A stretch of 59,384 bases of DNA, filler included, from Sphacelaria rigidula (Eukaryota), in the NCBI GenBank assembly GCA_964200075.2. It is 10 parts of 10 records of this genome, joined end to end, with 100 filler letters (N's around TTAATTAATTAA, not from the genome) between each part and the next. Parts side by side here need not be neighbours in the genome. Positions count along the whole stretch, not along the records: positions 1 to 5,849 come from CAXNAA020023988.1; positions 5,950 to 11,798 come from CAXNAA020023989.1; positions 11,899 to 17,747 come from CAXNAA020023990.1; 7 more parts are not named here. One strand, written 5' to 3'. Position numbers and translations under genes: made by a program. The notes beneath the pieces are model-generated. The model saw nothing but the letters and a program-made list of their open reading frames with translations. It was not told the DNA's origin and ran no database searches. Every line of letters starts with the position of its first letter. Position 1 is the stretch's first letter. Of the stretch, positions 1 through 12,013 are shown one piece after another.

Positions 1-222
1 GAAACCAGCTAAAAGTGTCACGAAAAAAATAACCATAAAGCGCCTGGTGTTCGGGTTCAGGCTGCATGAAGCGCCTCATATTGGTGACATTGGCTAGAAC
101 AAACCCAAGCGTGGGAATCCTCAGCTTCTCATTGCACTCGGCTTTTCCCATTTCGAATTACGTGGAGATTTTTCCTCCCAAAACCACGCAATTGTTTTGG
201 GGGGGCTATCGTAGAAAGTGTC
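1..222 (+). mobile_element. MITE family A, left-truncated copy (right TIR ...CTATCGTAGAAAGTGTC)
   Basis: Aligns by eye with full copies at 31611-31897 (reverse) and 37771-38039. Ends in the same TIR; the left part is cut by the contig start. Confidence 0.8.
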
Positions 223-304
223 GCCCCTACGGCTATCCACCATAGGGTACATGTTAGCCCAGACGTCCACAGGTCGTCGGGCCCCTTTGCACAGTGGTAA
301 TCCG

Positions 305-711
305 GGGGTTAGTGTCACGATTCCTACCACCACCCCCAAAATGAAGACGCGACGGAGTCTCAGAAGTGTACAGAAGGTTATATAGCAACTAAAGCGATAC
401 ACAGCTGAAGTATATATCTAAAGCTACCTTCTGATCGCAGTCTGGCTCAATTCCACCCAGTACCTCTAAAAAAAGTTGTAACTATTTGTACACGCAAAAA
501 CGTCTTTTTCCAACGTGCCCGTCTCCACGCGACAGAAGCAGTGTTACGCCCAGTTAAGTGTCACGTTTCTCATCACCACCCCCAAAACGCGACCTGGTCA
601 AGTGAAATAAGTCGACAGAGCAGAAAAAGGACAACTATGTGCTGATGCACAGCTGTATTACTGATTCTACACTACCCCTCCGTCGAAGTCCGGTTCGATT
701 CCATCCAGTAC
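305..711. repeat. Diverged direct duplication, period ~245 nt
   Basis: AGTGTCACG..CACCACCCCCAAAA occurs at ~311 and ~557; CACAGCTG...TTCCA(C/T)CCAGTAC occurs at ~399-461 and ~648-711. Confidence 0.6.
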
Positions 712-2467
712 AGCACACGAACGATCGACGGATAACCGGGAGAGGATTACTCACTATTGACGGACGTCACGAAGCCGAAACTCCACAGGCAGGTACTACT
801 AGACACTAGCCGTCGTTCAAGCCCTGGCAGACTTCAATGAGTGTCGAAACAGTGCAATATCTGCAGTAGATGATCTTCACTTTACCTCAACTTCCAATTT
901 TTAGACAAGAGTTTTGGCCGCCAAGAAGTAGAGGACTGGTAGGCACACGTTTTTTCTACAAAAAGCAATATGATTTGTGTCGATAGCTGCCGCGTGCGTC
1001 GAGATATTGCCATCTCGGTGACGGGTGTTGTAACATGTGAGGTGCGGCGTGAAAACCCATCGGGTCACATGTGATATCCACATTGAGCAGGTAGTAATTG
1101 CGCCGTGCCCACTTGGTTTGTAGCGTGGGAAATATCTTTCCCCGCAAGCATACATGCAGCAATTGACATTGCCCGGCAGTGGGAAAGACGTTCCAGACAT
1201 GTGCTTGTTATTGTCGCTGGGGCGGCGCATGAAGCATACTTACGGGATCGCCGCGCAAGGTGTAAACGCACACTCACGGTCTGCCGATTCCTTGTGCCGT
1301 CAGTCATACTGTAAGCTGTCGGAAACAAAAGAGAGATGCCACGGAAACGGCGTCAGGGTTTGCTTCGAAGCAAAGGTAGTCACATCGACTGTCCGGTGTG
1401 ATGGGGACCGAAGTTTGGTGGGCAATATGATCTAGGAACGGAGAACATCATATGATGTTCCTCCAGCGTGCAGCACTTGGAACTACTGTTCTGTAACGTG
1501 GAGGATGGATTTACGTCTTCCATTTTTATCCCGCGCCCCCCCCCATCACCACAAAACATATACATATAGTACCCCAGAAATTCGGTTATCGGATTTCAAT
1601 CTTGTATGGCATGCAGAAATCGGTGATAGCTATCGGTATGTGAAGGAATGCAGGCATATTTCGAAAAAAATGATCCACACATATGGAAATTGTAATAAAC
1701 CGACTTATTACATATCATCGTCAATGAAAACCATTGTCCTTAATTTTCACGATCGGTTCTTGTCAATCACACCAAATATTCATGGTGGTTCGCCCGCTGT
1801 GCAGAGCGCTATGAACGCCGCCTCACGACTGGAGTTTGCGCGCGTGCGGCGGTCGTGTTGCACAGTATTACATAAGGTTATCTGCAACACCACGGCTTGA
1901 TCATCATTTTCGCTCTATTTGTCGTTCGTTCCATTAGTATCACGCATCATTTTGAGATAGAACTGGCGATTCGTCCAAGGGTGAAGCCAGACAACCCGCC
2001 GTAGACGTCTGCACACAAGGGCGCACTGCATCAAAACTCTACAACTCCCGCATCAACCCTACGCACGGGTGCAGAAGATAACTTCCATGGTTACTTATAT
2101 ACCTACGCAACTCATCTGCAAGAAACATGTCTACGACTTTCGCTACAGGTGAAATCAAAACGGGAATCCGTCGTCGTCATCTTTGCCCGCTTCCGATGCC
2201 GAATCCTCTACCTCTGAGTCGCTACACTCGGAGTCTGAATCTTCAAGCCAGATCCCGGCTGAATGTTTTGATACGCCCTCTGTGGGACCATCTGGACCGC
2301 CGTCGCAACAACTGGGACTGGTAGGATCTGGTCCCGGATCCAATTCCCCTCCCGCTACCTTCGCCATCCTCGCCATCTCGTCGGAAGCACTCCTCACTAT
2401 ATTGCTATCAACACCTGCCCCCGGGGCCTTCCTCGCTCCATTCGCCTGCCCCCCGCCACGCAACGTC

Positions 2468-2568
2468 GCTGACCCGCCCCTTCCATGGTTTGCCGCAGAT
2501 CCACCCCTTCCATGGTTCGCCGCTGACCCGCCCCTCCCACGGTTCGCCGTGGATCCGCCCCTCCCCTT
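2468..2568. repeat. 27-nt minisatellite encoding about four GRGGSAANH-like units on the minus strand
   Basis: GA(C/T)CC(G/A)CCCC..CCA(T/C)GGTT(C/T)GCCG repeated at 27-nt spacing. Confidence 0.8.
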
Positions 2569-4306
2569 ACGACGTCGGCGGCATGTATCGACATATCCTC
2601 CGGCGGAATCACCTGTAGCAGTAGCGTCGGTCGCTGGGGCAGGGGGTGGGGGCAAATAGCAGCGGACCTGGCAACCGCGGTTCAGCGTACAATTCCCCAA
2701 ACATCTGCAATCTCGGCACCGGTGACCTCTTTGCGCCGCTCTTTCCGGCTTGCACGCGCCTCTCAGGGTTCGCACGTTCCCGGATGTATCGATATACGTG
2801 TGGCTTGACAAGTATACAACTATGTTGTCCCGTGTAAGCTCCACCGCCCTTCTGCTCGCCGCCTTCACCACACCCTTGTGGTGAGTCTTCTTTTCCGGTC
2901 CAACACCTCATCTGCGCCCGTTGAAGTTTACTGTGGTCATGCTCATCCCAAAGCCCTCCCCCCAGTACTCCAGTACTGCGTCGGCCTTATCCACATGCTT
3001 CTGGTAGGCGTCTCAGGTCCGGGCAGCATCAGGAAGGCATGTGCTCATGTACTGTGGTGATGCACAAACGAATCTTGTTCACGAAAGACTCCAGATTCTG
3101 CCTTGTCGTAGTGAAGAGATGTCCAGGATCCGCGGCGACTTGCGCAAATGAGTTTTTGTACCTGAAGAAAAACATCGTGGCCAGTAGCTTGACCCCCTCG
3201 TCCACCTCCACCCTCACCCTACCCTCGTCGATCACTACTATCGCTTTCTTGAACAGATTCGGCGTTCTCAGTGCCTTCAGAACGAATTCCCACATGTTGA
3301 GTAAGTGAATCCCGGATACACGCGGCAGGAAGTCGCAGCCAGCTCATAGATAGGTGAAAACAAACAGCGCCACCTTTACAGGATGCGTCAGCCAATCATA
3401 CCGTCCGTCGCGAGGCCACACGCTTTCGCTCCCGTCCCTCAGAGTCACGATGATGCTGTACACCCTGTTCACCAGTATGTACCGAGGGCCTCCGTTCACA
3501 ACGCGTTTGACAGTTACCTGCACCACGTTGGAGCCCTGTGGCTCGATATACCTGCAGGACATGGCCAACAGGACAAGTATTCACTGATCAGTATCAATGG
3601 AAGTCACGACCCATTTCTTCAAATGCTTCTGAAATAACGTCCCGGAGTGAGTGATGAAGTACACTGCGGAGATGCCCCCCTTACTTATGCCGGGTCCAAC
3701 TGCGCTATGGATGCTCCGGTCAGGCCTCTTGTCATCACGCCACAACAGATGGGTTGCAAGTCACCAATTGAACGGTGCCTCCCCCCCCCCGCACGTTGTA
3801 AATATGGTTCTGCTGCCGCCGCTGGGTCCACTCTCCCGCTCTCTGATGACGCCGCGAGAGACGAAGGTGGAGTCGCCCGGACCCCTCTGTCGGCGCCGAC
3901 ACCAGCGCGTGGCCCCCTCCTCGGCGCCGCCGCCGCCTCACCTTGTCCCCTGCCTGTCACCACCTCAAGATATGTCCACGGGGGCGCCCTTGCCAGATCG
4001 CTGCAATCGACACCTCCGCTGGCCACAGCTGCCGCCACCCGCGGCACCGCCGTCCCCCCCCACCCCGACCGATGCCGCCGCTGAATTGCACCCGCTGACC
4101 CCCATCGAAACATAATCGCCGTCACCACTCGCACTCGACGCCTCTACCGCCGTTTCCGTGTCCACCGCCCCTCCCGGCAGCTGCCATCATCACTGTCGCA
4201 TCCCACTGCCGGGCCTCACCCCCCCCTGTGCGCCCAAGAGCATGGGCACGTCCGACCGCATATGCCATAATCGCCGCCGGTGTCGCGCCCCTCCTTCGCC
4301 CGGTAC

Positions 4307-4308
<2 letters not shown>

Positions 4309-4340
<32 letters not shown>
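4309..4340. repeat. (GCC)n microsatellite
   Basis: About ten GCC units in a low-complexity insert of the Academ-like ORF. Confidence 0.9.
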
Positions 4341-4342
<2 letters not shown>

Positions 4343-5775
4343 TTGCTCCACCGCCACCGTCACCACCGCTTTTTCCACCACTGCCGCTAACGCCGTCAAC
4401 GCCACTGCCATTTCTTCCACCGGAAGCCTCGGCGTGGAGCCGCTTCGGGCGGGCGGTATTTTACTACCGTATGTCACTATCAAGGGTCCATATTGATTTT
4501 CGACTAATACTCGCTCGAAAACACTGCGGGCCAGGTAGTTTCTCGCCTGTTTGCTGTTTTCCCGCAGCCAGCTCTGGAAGCCTGACCCGCCAGGGCCTTG
4601 GTCGATGTGGGATGGAATTTCGTCTAACCCTTTCGTATCTTTTCTGTCCGCCCTCGTTGCTCATGGGCTTTATTGATTCTCACGGCATCGGAGTCGTCGT
4701 AAGCCACTATCGATAGCTCGGTCCTAGCGTCGGTCCATTCGGTATGCACCTTGTCGACATGGGAGCTTTCCACTGCTGGATAACTGCCCTCAGTCGCGGC
4801 CTGAGGAGGTTCGCGGTAGACCTCCGTCGCGTAGTCGACGGTATCACCCTGAACTACGTAGAACGGGTCGAGCTGCTCGGCATCGGAACACGCGGATCGT
4901 ATTCACTGCGTCGCGACGCTCTTGTTGGAATGCCCTAAACCTGTAGGCAACGTGGGGATGCGGTGAAAGGAGAAAAGGGGTGGTATGGCAGAAGATAAGT
5001 GTGCGTGAGTGTAGAAACAATATCGATCTGACGGCCGTTGGGAATGATCCTTACAAATATGTGCGGAAGCGTCCGGCACTAGTGTACTGACGGTAAAAAA
5101 CATCCCCAGGGTCAGACACAGACAAACTGCAAGTTGCCTACGGCCGAGGGTGCGTTGTGAATGTGCTTGTTTCCCGGCATTGTGTCCACTACAACTCTGG
5201 TCAGTATGAGGGATTCCTCTCACTTCCATTGGCATTGAGAATACTGAATAGGATGGACGCTCCGAGCTTGAGACGTACCCTCTCCTTCTCCTCCTGGGAA
5301 ATTTCGGGCGCCCCCACAATCCCTCTCAAAGCGGTCAGCAGCTCCTGCGTGTACATGGTGTTATTCTTGGTGTTGGACTTCAACGCCGACTTCCGGCCTT
5401 GAGTCGCCGTCGGTGTGGTTGTTGTCTTATTCGGCGGAATCTTCTAGACCTTCTGTTTCGTTGCCCTCTCCTCGGCCTTGTCGCCCAACACATAACACGC
5501 GATGTTGTCCTCCAGCTTCTTCTGCGACACGTCGGAGCAAGACAAATTGACCGCCGCCTGCGGACCGCTGACCCCTCGCCCGTCCAGCGCATCCAGGACC
5601 TCTTCGCCGGCCGGCGTAAAGGCAGGAGTGCTGTGTTGCTTCTGATACGCCTTCGTCACGTGGGGCTGACGCTTGAGGAACAACTCTCTTTCACGGTTCC
5701 GTCCGGCACCCCGTCTAGCCCCGAGTAGGACCCCGTCTTAAGTTGTATGGAGATACGGGCATCGGCACTTCCTCG

Positions 5776-5849
5776 GAGTCATCCTAAGACAGGGAGGGGG
5801 GGGTATTTGGTTGAACGAAAAAAAAGGCTCATAAGTGTGTCAGACATCC
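5776..5849 (+). mobile_element. Terminus of TIR family C (GAGTCATCCTA(A/C)GACAGGGAGGGGG...)
   Basis: Near-identical to the reverse complement of 53544-53616. The TIR resembles family B, and the contig breaks inside the repeat. Confidence 0.75.
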
Positions 5850-5949
5850 NNNNNNNNNNNNNNNNNNNNNNNNNNNNNNNNNNNNNNNNNNNNTTAATTA
5901 ATTAANNNNNNNNNNNNNNNNNNNNNNNNNNNNNNNNNNNNNNNNNNNN
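5850..5949. other. Artificial contig spacer N44-TTAATTAATTAA-N44 (also 11799-11898, 17748-17847, 23697-23796, 29646-29745, 35594-35693, 41542-41641, 47490-47589, 53438-53537)
   Basis: Identical 100-nt linker with stops in all six frames, between contigs of 5847-5849 nt sorted by length. Confidence 0.99.
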
Positions 5950-6262
5950 TTTCTCGTATTATTGTCCAGAGGCCGCTCTCAAAATCTCTGACCCAAGCGA
6001 ATCGGAAAAGTGGGCTAGGCTCCTCTCGGTGGGGTGATACAAAGTGTCCAAGACGTGTGGTGGCGATGTTCCCTGTTTGGGGGTCAAAAAACCTTGCCAA
6101 ATGTCCTAAAAGTGGAAAATGCGAGCCAAACAAAATACAAACCGGAAGAAACGACCTAACAGATGAATAATCAAGGAGAACCATCTGTTGCATAGCTCAT
6201 CAAGAGCGTAAGGAAATTCGATAGTACAAATTTACTCGAATGAAAGCGCAACACGCGCGCAA

Positions 6263-7905
6263 TGGTTTCCCCTGACACATCCAGGGATTTCGGATATAAT
6301 GAATGGAGGTATACGTCCCGCGGACATGTTTGATGATGTGGAGAACATTCAAGGTGCCGAATCACTTCCGGTTGCCCGACCCATGTCAAGATCAGCTCCG
6401 TCACACACCTGCTCCCAAGGAACCCCGCCGTCTTCATCTCAAGAGGCAGCCGAAACAAGTCATCCAGTTGAGGACCCGTCTGGCGGTGAAGTGGACTGTT
6501 CCCAAGAGGACACACATGTGAGAAATGCGGTGAACATATCTGAAGTTGAGAATTGGGATCGCTGCAACGAACAGTTGTTCGACATTCTATACTTGACAAC
6601 TACACACCCAGCGGGCAGTTTTCTTGTTCGCTTCGAGCCGAAGGATCGTGCAAGGCCTGACGGTAAAATTGCATGGGGTGTCCTGGTCGGTAAACACGAG
6701 AACTCTTTGAAGCAACTGCGGCGCATTTTCATGCGTCAGCTAGATAACATCAAAATGTCACCTGGGCAAGACCCTGACGTGTTTCTAACCAAGGTCTATG
6801 AACTTCGTGACCAGCTAGTTTACATGGGTGGACCCATTTCAGATGAAAGAGTCACGGACATCGTGGTGGAAGGTTTGACCGATGAATACGATAGGATCAA
6901 GTGTGATGCAGAAAGCGACCCTTGTAATGCGTGAGGTACTTAAAGGACCGCATCGGAATTCAAACACCCCTATGGTTAGGGTTAGGGTTAGTGTTAGTGT
7001 TGGGGTTGGGGTTGGGGGTTAGGGGCATGGTTCCTGCAGGGACTGGCCCGATTGATTTCGAAAAAGTTCGATCCTGAGTTGTTTTGGACGACGATGCGGT
7101 CCTCTAAGCACGCGGTCCTGTCACGCATAATACCCTGACTTCAGTATCTTCGACATCGAAGTCACAACGAGGAATATGCACTCAAATCGCGTTACACGCG
7201 GAATTCTGCCAAAGGGAGTACGCGGACGTGATTCCGCCATGATAGCAGCATCGCCGCTTGATTCATTTGCAAAACTTACAAGATTCGCTGGAAAATGTTA
7301 TTCTTGTGGTAAACCAGGTCACCATGTGCGGGACTGTCGTCCTCAAAGACAGTCTCACAGAAGGAGCGGGCCTGTGAAGTGGTGCAGCCTTCATCGTACC
7401 GATAAACACGACAATCCCGAATGCAAGAGTCAAATTACCAATGGTGGTGCGTCTACGAACAGCAGCAGGAACGACAACTACTACGACAAGAACAACCATC
7501 GCCGTCGTCCCAACACACGCAACAATAACAGTAACTCCGGCTTCAGCGCAAACAGCATCATCAACCATCCGAATCAAGCTAATACCGCCACCATGGGTCC
7601 TGCATCAACTACTGCATCAACTACTGCATCAACTACTGTTCCTTCCAACAACCAAGTCCAAGACACCAGCGGACCTTCATCTTCAACAATGCCTGACTTA
7701 TGCTCGCCACCAAGCGGCATTGGCGATGGCTTTTTTGCTGATCCTGCAGACAAGGACAACACTCGGTCACCGGTTTCTACATAATTCAAGATGGTATGTG
7801 ATTCCGGGGCCAGCCACTATTACATTGACGATCGGCTACAGACCAATATTGAAGAGGAGATGTTTAACCGTGTGAAACTCGATTATCCCATGAAGATTCT
7901 TATAT
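6263..7905 (+). mobile_element. Ty1/Copia gag-protease remnant, interrupted by a MITE and truncated by an RTE LINE
   Basis: Gag-like WGVLVGKHEN...DPDVFLTKVYELRDQL...GLTDEYD; zinc knuckles CYSCGKPGHHVRDC and WCSLHRTDKHDNPEC; protease motif VCDSGASHYYID near 7795-7830. Confidence 0.85.
6923..7132 (+). mobile_element. MITE with TGT-type TIRs, 4-bp TSD CCCT and an internal telomere-like (TTAGGG)n tract (Ginger-like)
   Basis: TGTAATGCGTGA...TCACGCATAATA flanked by CCCT at 6919-6922 and 7133-7136. Removing it restores the gag frame ESDP-DFSIFDIE. Confidence 0.85.
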
Positions 7906-7907
7906 GA

Positions 7908-10900
7908 ATTGATTTTTGATTGATTGTCGCACTTTCACTGACCCCCCAGGGGTCCAGCCGTGGTCTCATGATAGTCGTACCCAAGAAAACGAAAATGAAA
8001 CACGCTCTGAGATAAAAAGAAGGAACAGAAAAAAAAAAGAGGAACACACAACAATGAATAAGTGGTCGAACAGAACGACATAGCAGACTAAGTCGTGACA
8101 AAAAAAAGTAATAAAAAAGTCAACACAAGCGAAGCACAGAAAGAAATGGACGACCTGAAACAAAACAAAGGAAAGGAGAAGGAGAGTACAAAGCAAATGG
8201 AATAAAATACAATGAAATTATGGGAAAAAAAGAAAAAATGAAAAGGCTCAAGGGAATCAGGGCAGGAGAGTAGATACAGACACACACCAGTGGGTACCGC
8301 AGAGCCACCGACTAAAGACATAATCAACAACCGATATGAGCGGACAGGATTTTCCGATTGGCAGCTCTCGACGCAGCAGCCTCTCGCTTGTGACGGCGGT
8401 CTGGTTCTCCCTTGTCCGCGCGTCGCCACTTGTCCTCAAACTTTTCCGCTCCCTTTTCGACTCCAATATGCCATTTGCCTAGGTCCTTCGCCGCAGTGAC
8501 CCAATCGTATGGATCGTTAACCTCTACACCGTAGACGAACCACTCTCGTCGGGCTCCTTTGTGCGGGATAGCCCCGAGCGCACATAGTAGGTTCTCCTGT
8601 AGGGTATCCTCCCATTGCTTGGGGGGGCGGCCGACCTCCTTGGGTCCTCGTGTGGAAAGTCGACCGTTCATGACACGCTTGGGAAGGCGTGTCTCCTTCT
8701 GCCGGACAAGGCCTCCCGCGAACCAGAGTTGACGTTTGCGGATAGTCGTCTTGATACGTTCGCAGTTGGTCATCTCGAGCACCGCTTTGTACGAAGTCTT
8801 GCAACCATTGCGATCGTCCCTGCGGAATCCAACCACTCGTAGCAAGAGCTTGTGATGGGCAGAGCGCAGACTGTCGAAGTCCTCAGAAGTAGCGTCCATG
8901 TGGCACACCCATACAAGAGAGCTTCCACCACCTCTGCTTTAAGTAGTCGAACTTTCAGGGATTGCTGGGCGTTGGGTCGGTCGTAGAGTTGGGAGCAATA
9001 GTTTCGGATACGCGCCCACGCCGCGATGATACGGTGGTTGATTTCAATGGACATTTTCGCATCCGCTCTGATAGCTCCACCAAGGTAGATGAACTTCCCT
9101 GTCTGCTTATATTGTTGACCGGCAGCTCTGATATCCAGGGTGGCCTCCGTGGGACTGGGTACTGACCAAAGACGCATGGACTCTGTCTTGGTCTCGGAGA
9201 TCATCAGGCCGAATTCATGGCAGGTCATCACTAGCACGGCCATCATTCGAGCAAGGCCTTCTGAGGCCTTCGAAGCTATGCCGGCGTCGTCCGCGTAAAG
9301 CATTGCCCACACCGCGCGTCGCACCTTTTCCAGTGGTGTCTCTTCCACGGGTTCACTACCGACACCTTGTGGCGCATCATCTAGGAAGACCAAGTCTGAG
9401 ACGATGAGTGGGTCCGCCGCAAACCGCTGGACGATCACTTTCACCAAGCCTGCTCCGAAGATGTTGAACAGCAGCGGAGAGGAAACGCAACCTTGTCTGA
9501 GTCCCTGGCAAACATCGAACCACGCTGACTATCCAGCTGTACTCGAGCTCGCATGCCGTCGTGAAACATACGGATGAGCGTGATCATTCTTGACGGGACT
9601 CCGAACCGAGCAAGCACTTCCCACAGGAGCGTGCGGTCTACAGAATCGTAGTCTTTCTGCAGATCTATAAAGCACATATTTATTGGGATGTTGCTCGCCC
9701 GTCCCAACTCCTGGAGTCGGCGTACTACGAACATCATGTCTATGTATGGTTGATCTTTAGCGCCTAAATCCACAATGCTCTTCCGGGAAGATATCTGTTT
9801 CCTCACAAAAACCATCGAGCCTGTTGGCTAAGATTGTGAGGAGAACTTTAGCAGTATGTGCCACAAGTGAAATTGCCTCTGTAGTCACTACACTGGGTCC
9901 TATCTTGTTTTTTGTGTAGCACTTTGATGGTGACATCTTTCCATTCTTACGGCACCTCGGCAGATGTCCAAACCGCAGAGACGATGTCGTGGAAGTGGTA
10001 CAAAATGTCCGACGCCTCCCCGTTGAGTCCAAGTTTCAGGATTTCAGGAGGAATACCATCCGGACCGGTTACTTTGCCGTTCGACATAGCTCTCAGAGCC
10101 TCCACAGTTTCACTTGGGCTTGGTGGGTCTGCTAGCGACAACGCTATTGGTCGTTGATCAATCTTCTCGATGATGGTGCGGTCGATAGTTACCGATATGG
10201 CGTTCAGCAATGTAGGAAAGTACCGTTCCCATCTCCCACTGATCAAACCTCTGTCCCGGAGTAAATTTCCGTCCTCATCTCGTATATACTGTTCACTTTC
10301 GATTGGTCGTCCAGACAATCTCCACCCTCCGTTGAGATGTCTGTACCATCCTCTCATGTCCCCCGCTCGAATATGCTCCTCTAGTTCTGGAGCATACACA
10401 TCCATATATTTGTCAACCCGAATCTGAATCACTTTTTTGATTCTTTTGCATGCTGTTCGCAATATGCGCCATGCGAGTTTATCTCCATCGAGATGACCCC
10501 AGTCTCACCATTGATCTCGCGCCTTCTCTCTCCATCCAAGCGAGCTCGAATTCTGCTCTGATTTCAGCATCCTCGAACCACCACGGTATACGTGGTTTTC
10601 GGGTCAGACGAGGTACCACCTTTCAAGAGTACGTTGGCAAAGTTCGTAGCCAGTGAACTAACTGTATCCCCCGGTATACTCTGTTCGAGCTCGCTGCTGA
10701 TGAGCTGGGTGAGCTGCTCACGTCTGACGGGGTCATATACTATTGCCCGTCTGTCGATCGGTGTACGCCCAGTTGGGATTCGTCTAGGTCTGCTGTGTGC
10801 GAAGCGACCAAGGAGCCGCACTGAGGCGCACACGATGTTGTGGTCAGAGTCCAGCGAGTTGGGGGGTTGAAGGTGGACGGTGACATTGCGGACGAGCTTG

Positions 10901-11798
10901 CGGTGATCTTACCGTGTGATGATGTAGTCAATGCGTTTTCTGTCCGCGGGGCGATTTGCAACACCGTTGAACGTACGCGAGGTGTTTCCCTTGGGGGTGG
11001 AAAAGTCGTGTTGACCAGCGAAAGATTGTTGTCGCCTGCAAATTGTACTAGAGAATTGCCGTCACCGTCGTTGGATTGGGAATCTCGACCGTAAGCCCCT
11101 ACAAATTTACGTTCCTCCTCGCCTGTTCGTCGTCCAGTCCTCGCATTAGCTTCCATTGAAATAAGCAGGTGATGCTTGTGGGGGATGCAATTCACATTGC
11201 CATCTAACTCAGCCCAGAACACATCTCTTTCTTCTCTTGACTGTGGAGTGTCTGTCGGGGCGTAGGCAACGACAAATGTCGCAGCATTTGATTTACCCGC
11301 TAGGTTGAAAGTCATTGACATGAGGCGTTCGCTCATGAGTGCCTGAATCCACGCCGCCTTGCTGATGATCGACTGCTTGACTGCCAACCCAACCCCATGT
11401 TGACCAGCCCTTCCCTTGCCCCCCTCTGCCCCGCAACAAAAGACGCGGTATCCCGCCGCAGAAAATTCGGATCGACCTGTTCTCCTCGTTTCCTGTAGCC
11501 CGATGACATCACATCCGACTACCTGACATTTTTTCAGGACCACCTCAGCATGACCCGCTCCGTTCTTACCCGTGAGGGACAGTGAACGGACGTTATAGGT
11601 GGCCACTTCGAGCTCCCCACTACGTGTCCTAGCTTTAACCTTCTGTATGTTCACGCGTCTTTCTCTCTGTTCTGCTCCCCTTTTTGGTCTGTTGCGCCTT
11701 CTAATTTTACGAGCGAGCTGTTGTTTCTGTTCCGATTTTGCTTCGGTACATTTATCACGGTACTTGCCTTGCTTGTTGGTCTCGCGGGAAGGGTGCAG
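7908..11798 (-). mobile_element. RTE-clade LINE (APE + RT), frameshifted, with T-rich 3' UTR and (TCAA)n tail
   Basis: APE motifs ATYNVRSL, DVIGLQETRR, VVAYAPT; RT motifs GPDGIPPEILK, FIDLQKDYDSV, LYADD, LLYGCATW. The 3' end reads ACCACGGCTGGACCCCTGGGGGGTCAGTGAAAGTGCGACAATCAATCAA. Confidence 0.95.
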
Positions 11799-11898
11799 NN
11801 NNNNNNNNNNNNNNNNNNNNNNNNNNNNNNNNNNNNNNNNNNTTAATTAATTAANNNNNNNNNNNNNNNNNNNNNNNNNNNNNNNNNNNNNNNNNNNN

Positions 11899-12013
11899 TG
11901 GAGCGTCCTGCGCTACGCTGGAAACACTGTACAGTAAAATGCCCGCCAGCAACACTGCGCAGGGTACGTAAACCCTGTAGACCCCCTCCACAGGGTGCTA
12001 TCTGTCCACGTGT
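11899..12013. mobile_element. Right terminus of a CAC...GTG TIR element
   Basis: CCACAGGGTGCTATCTGTCCACGTGT is the exact reverse complement of 17554-17579. CAGGG/CCCTG subterminal repeats are present. Confidence 0.65.

Larger units (their letters stand above)
2155..5765 (-). pseudogene. Decayed AcademX-like transposon protein (XPG/FEN1-family nuclease plus C-terminal Cys-rich finger), with one intron at 4941-5223
   Basis: Minus-strand motifs in order, read across stops and frameshifts: SILNANGS|LGHSNKS; VDYATEVY; IVAYDDSDAVRINKAHEQRGR; FQSWLRENSK; HK*GGISAVYF (degenerate EAD site); VVTSIDTDQ; FTYL*AGCDFLPRVSGI (H3TH motif); MLPGPE..QKHVDKADAVLEYW; GRR*G; ACK..HRCRDCRCLGNCTLNRGCQVRC; then an acidic tail. 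Confidence 0.75.

Noticed and set aside
685..711. GGTTCGATTCC B-box suggesting a tRNA
   Set aside because: No cloverleaf can be drawn, and the duplicate copy at ~440-461 lacks the motif.
3647..4716. Several overlapping Pro/Ala/Arg-rich ORFs on both strands
   Set aside because: GC-rich low-complexity sequence is poor in stop codons; these are shadows of the insert in the Academ-like gene.
5850..5949. Regularly spaced TTAATTAATTAA palindromes every ~5.95 kb
   Set aside because: Artificial linkers. Adjacency across them has no biological meaning, and ORFs running into X are artefacts.
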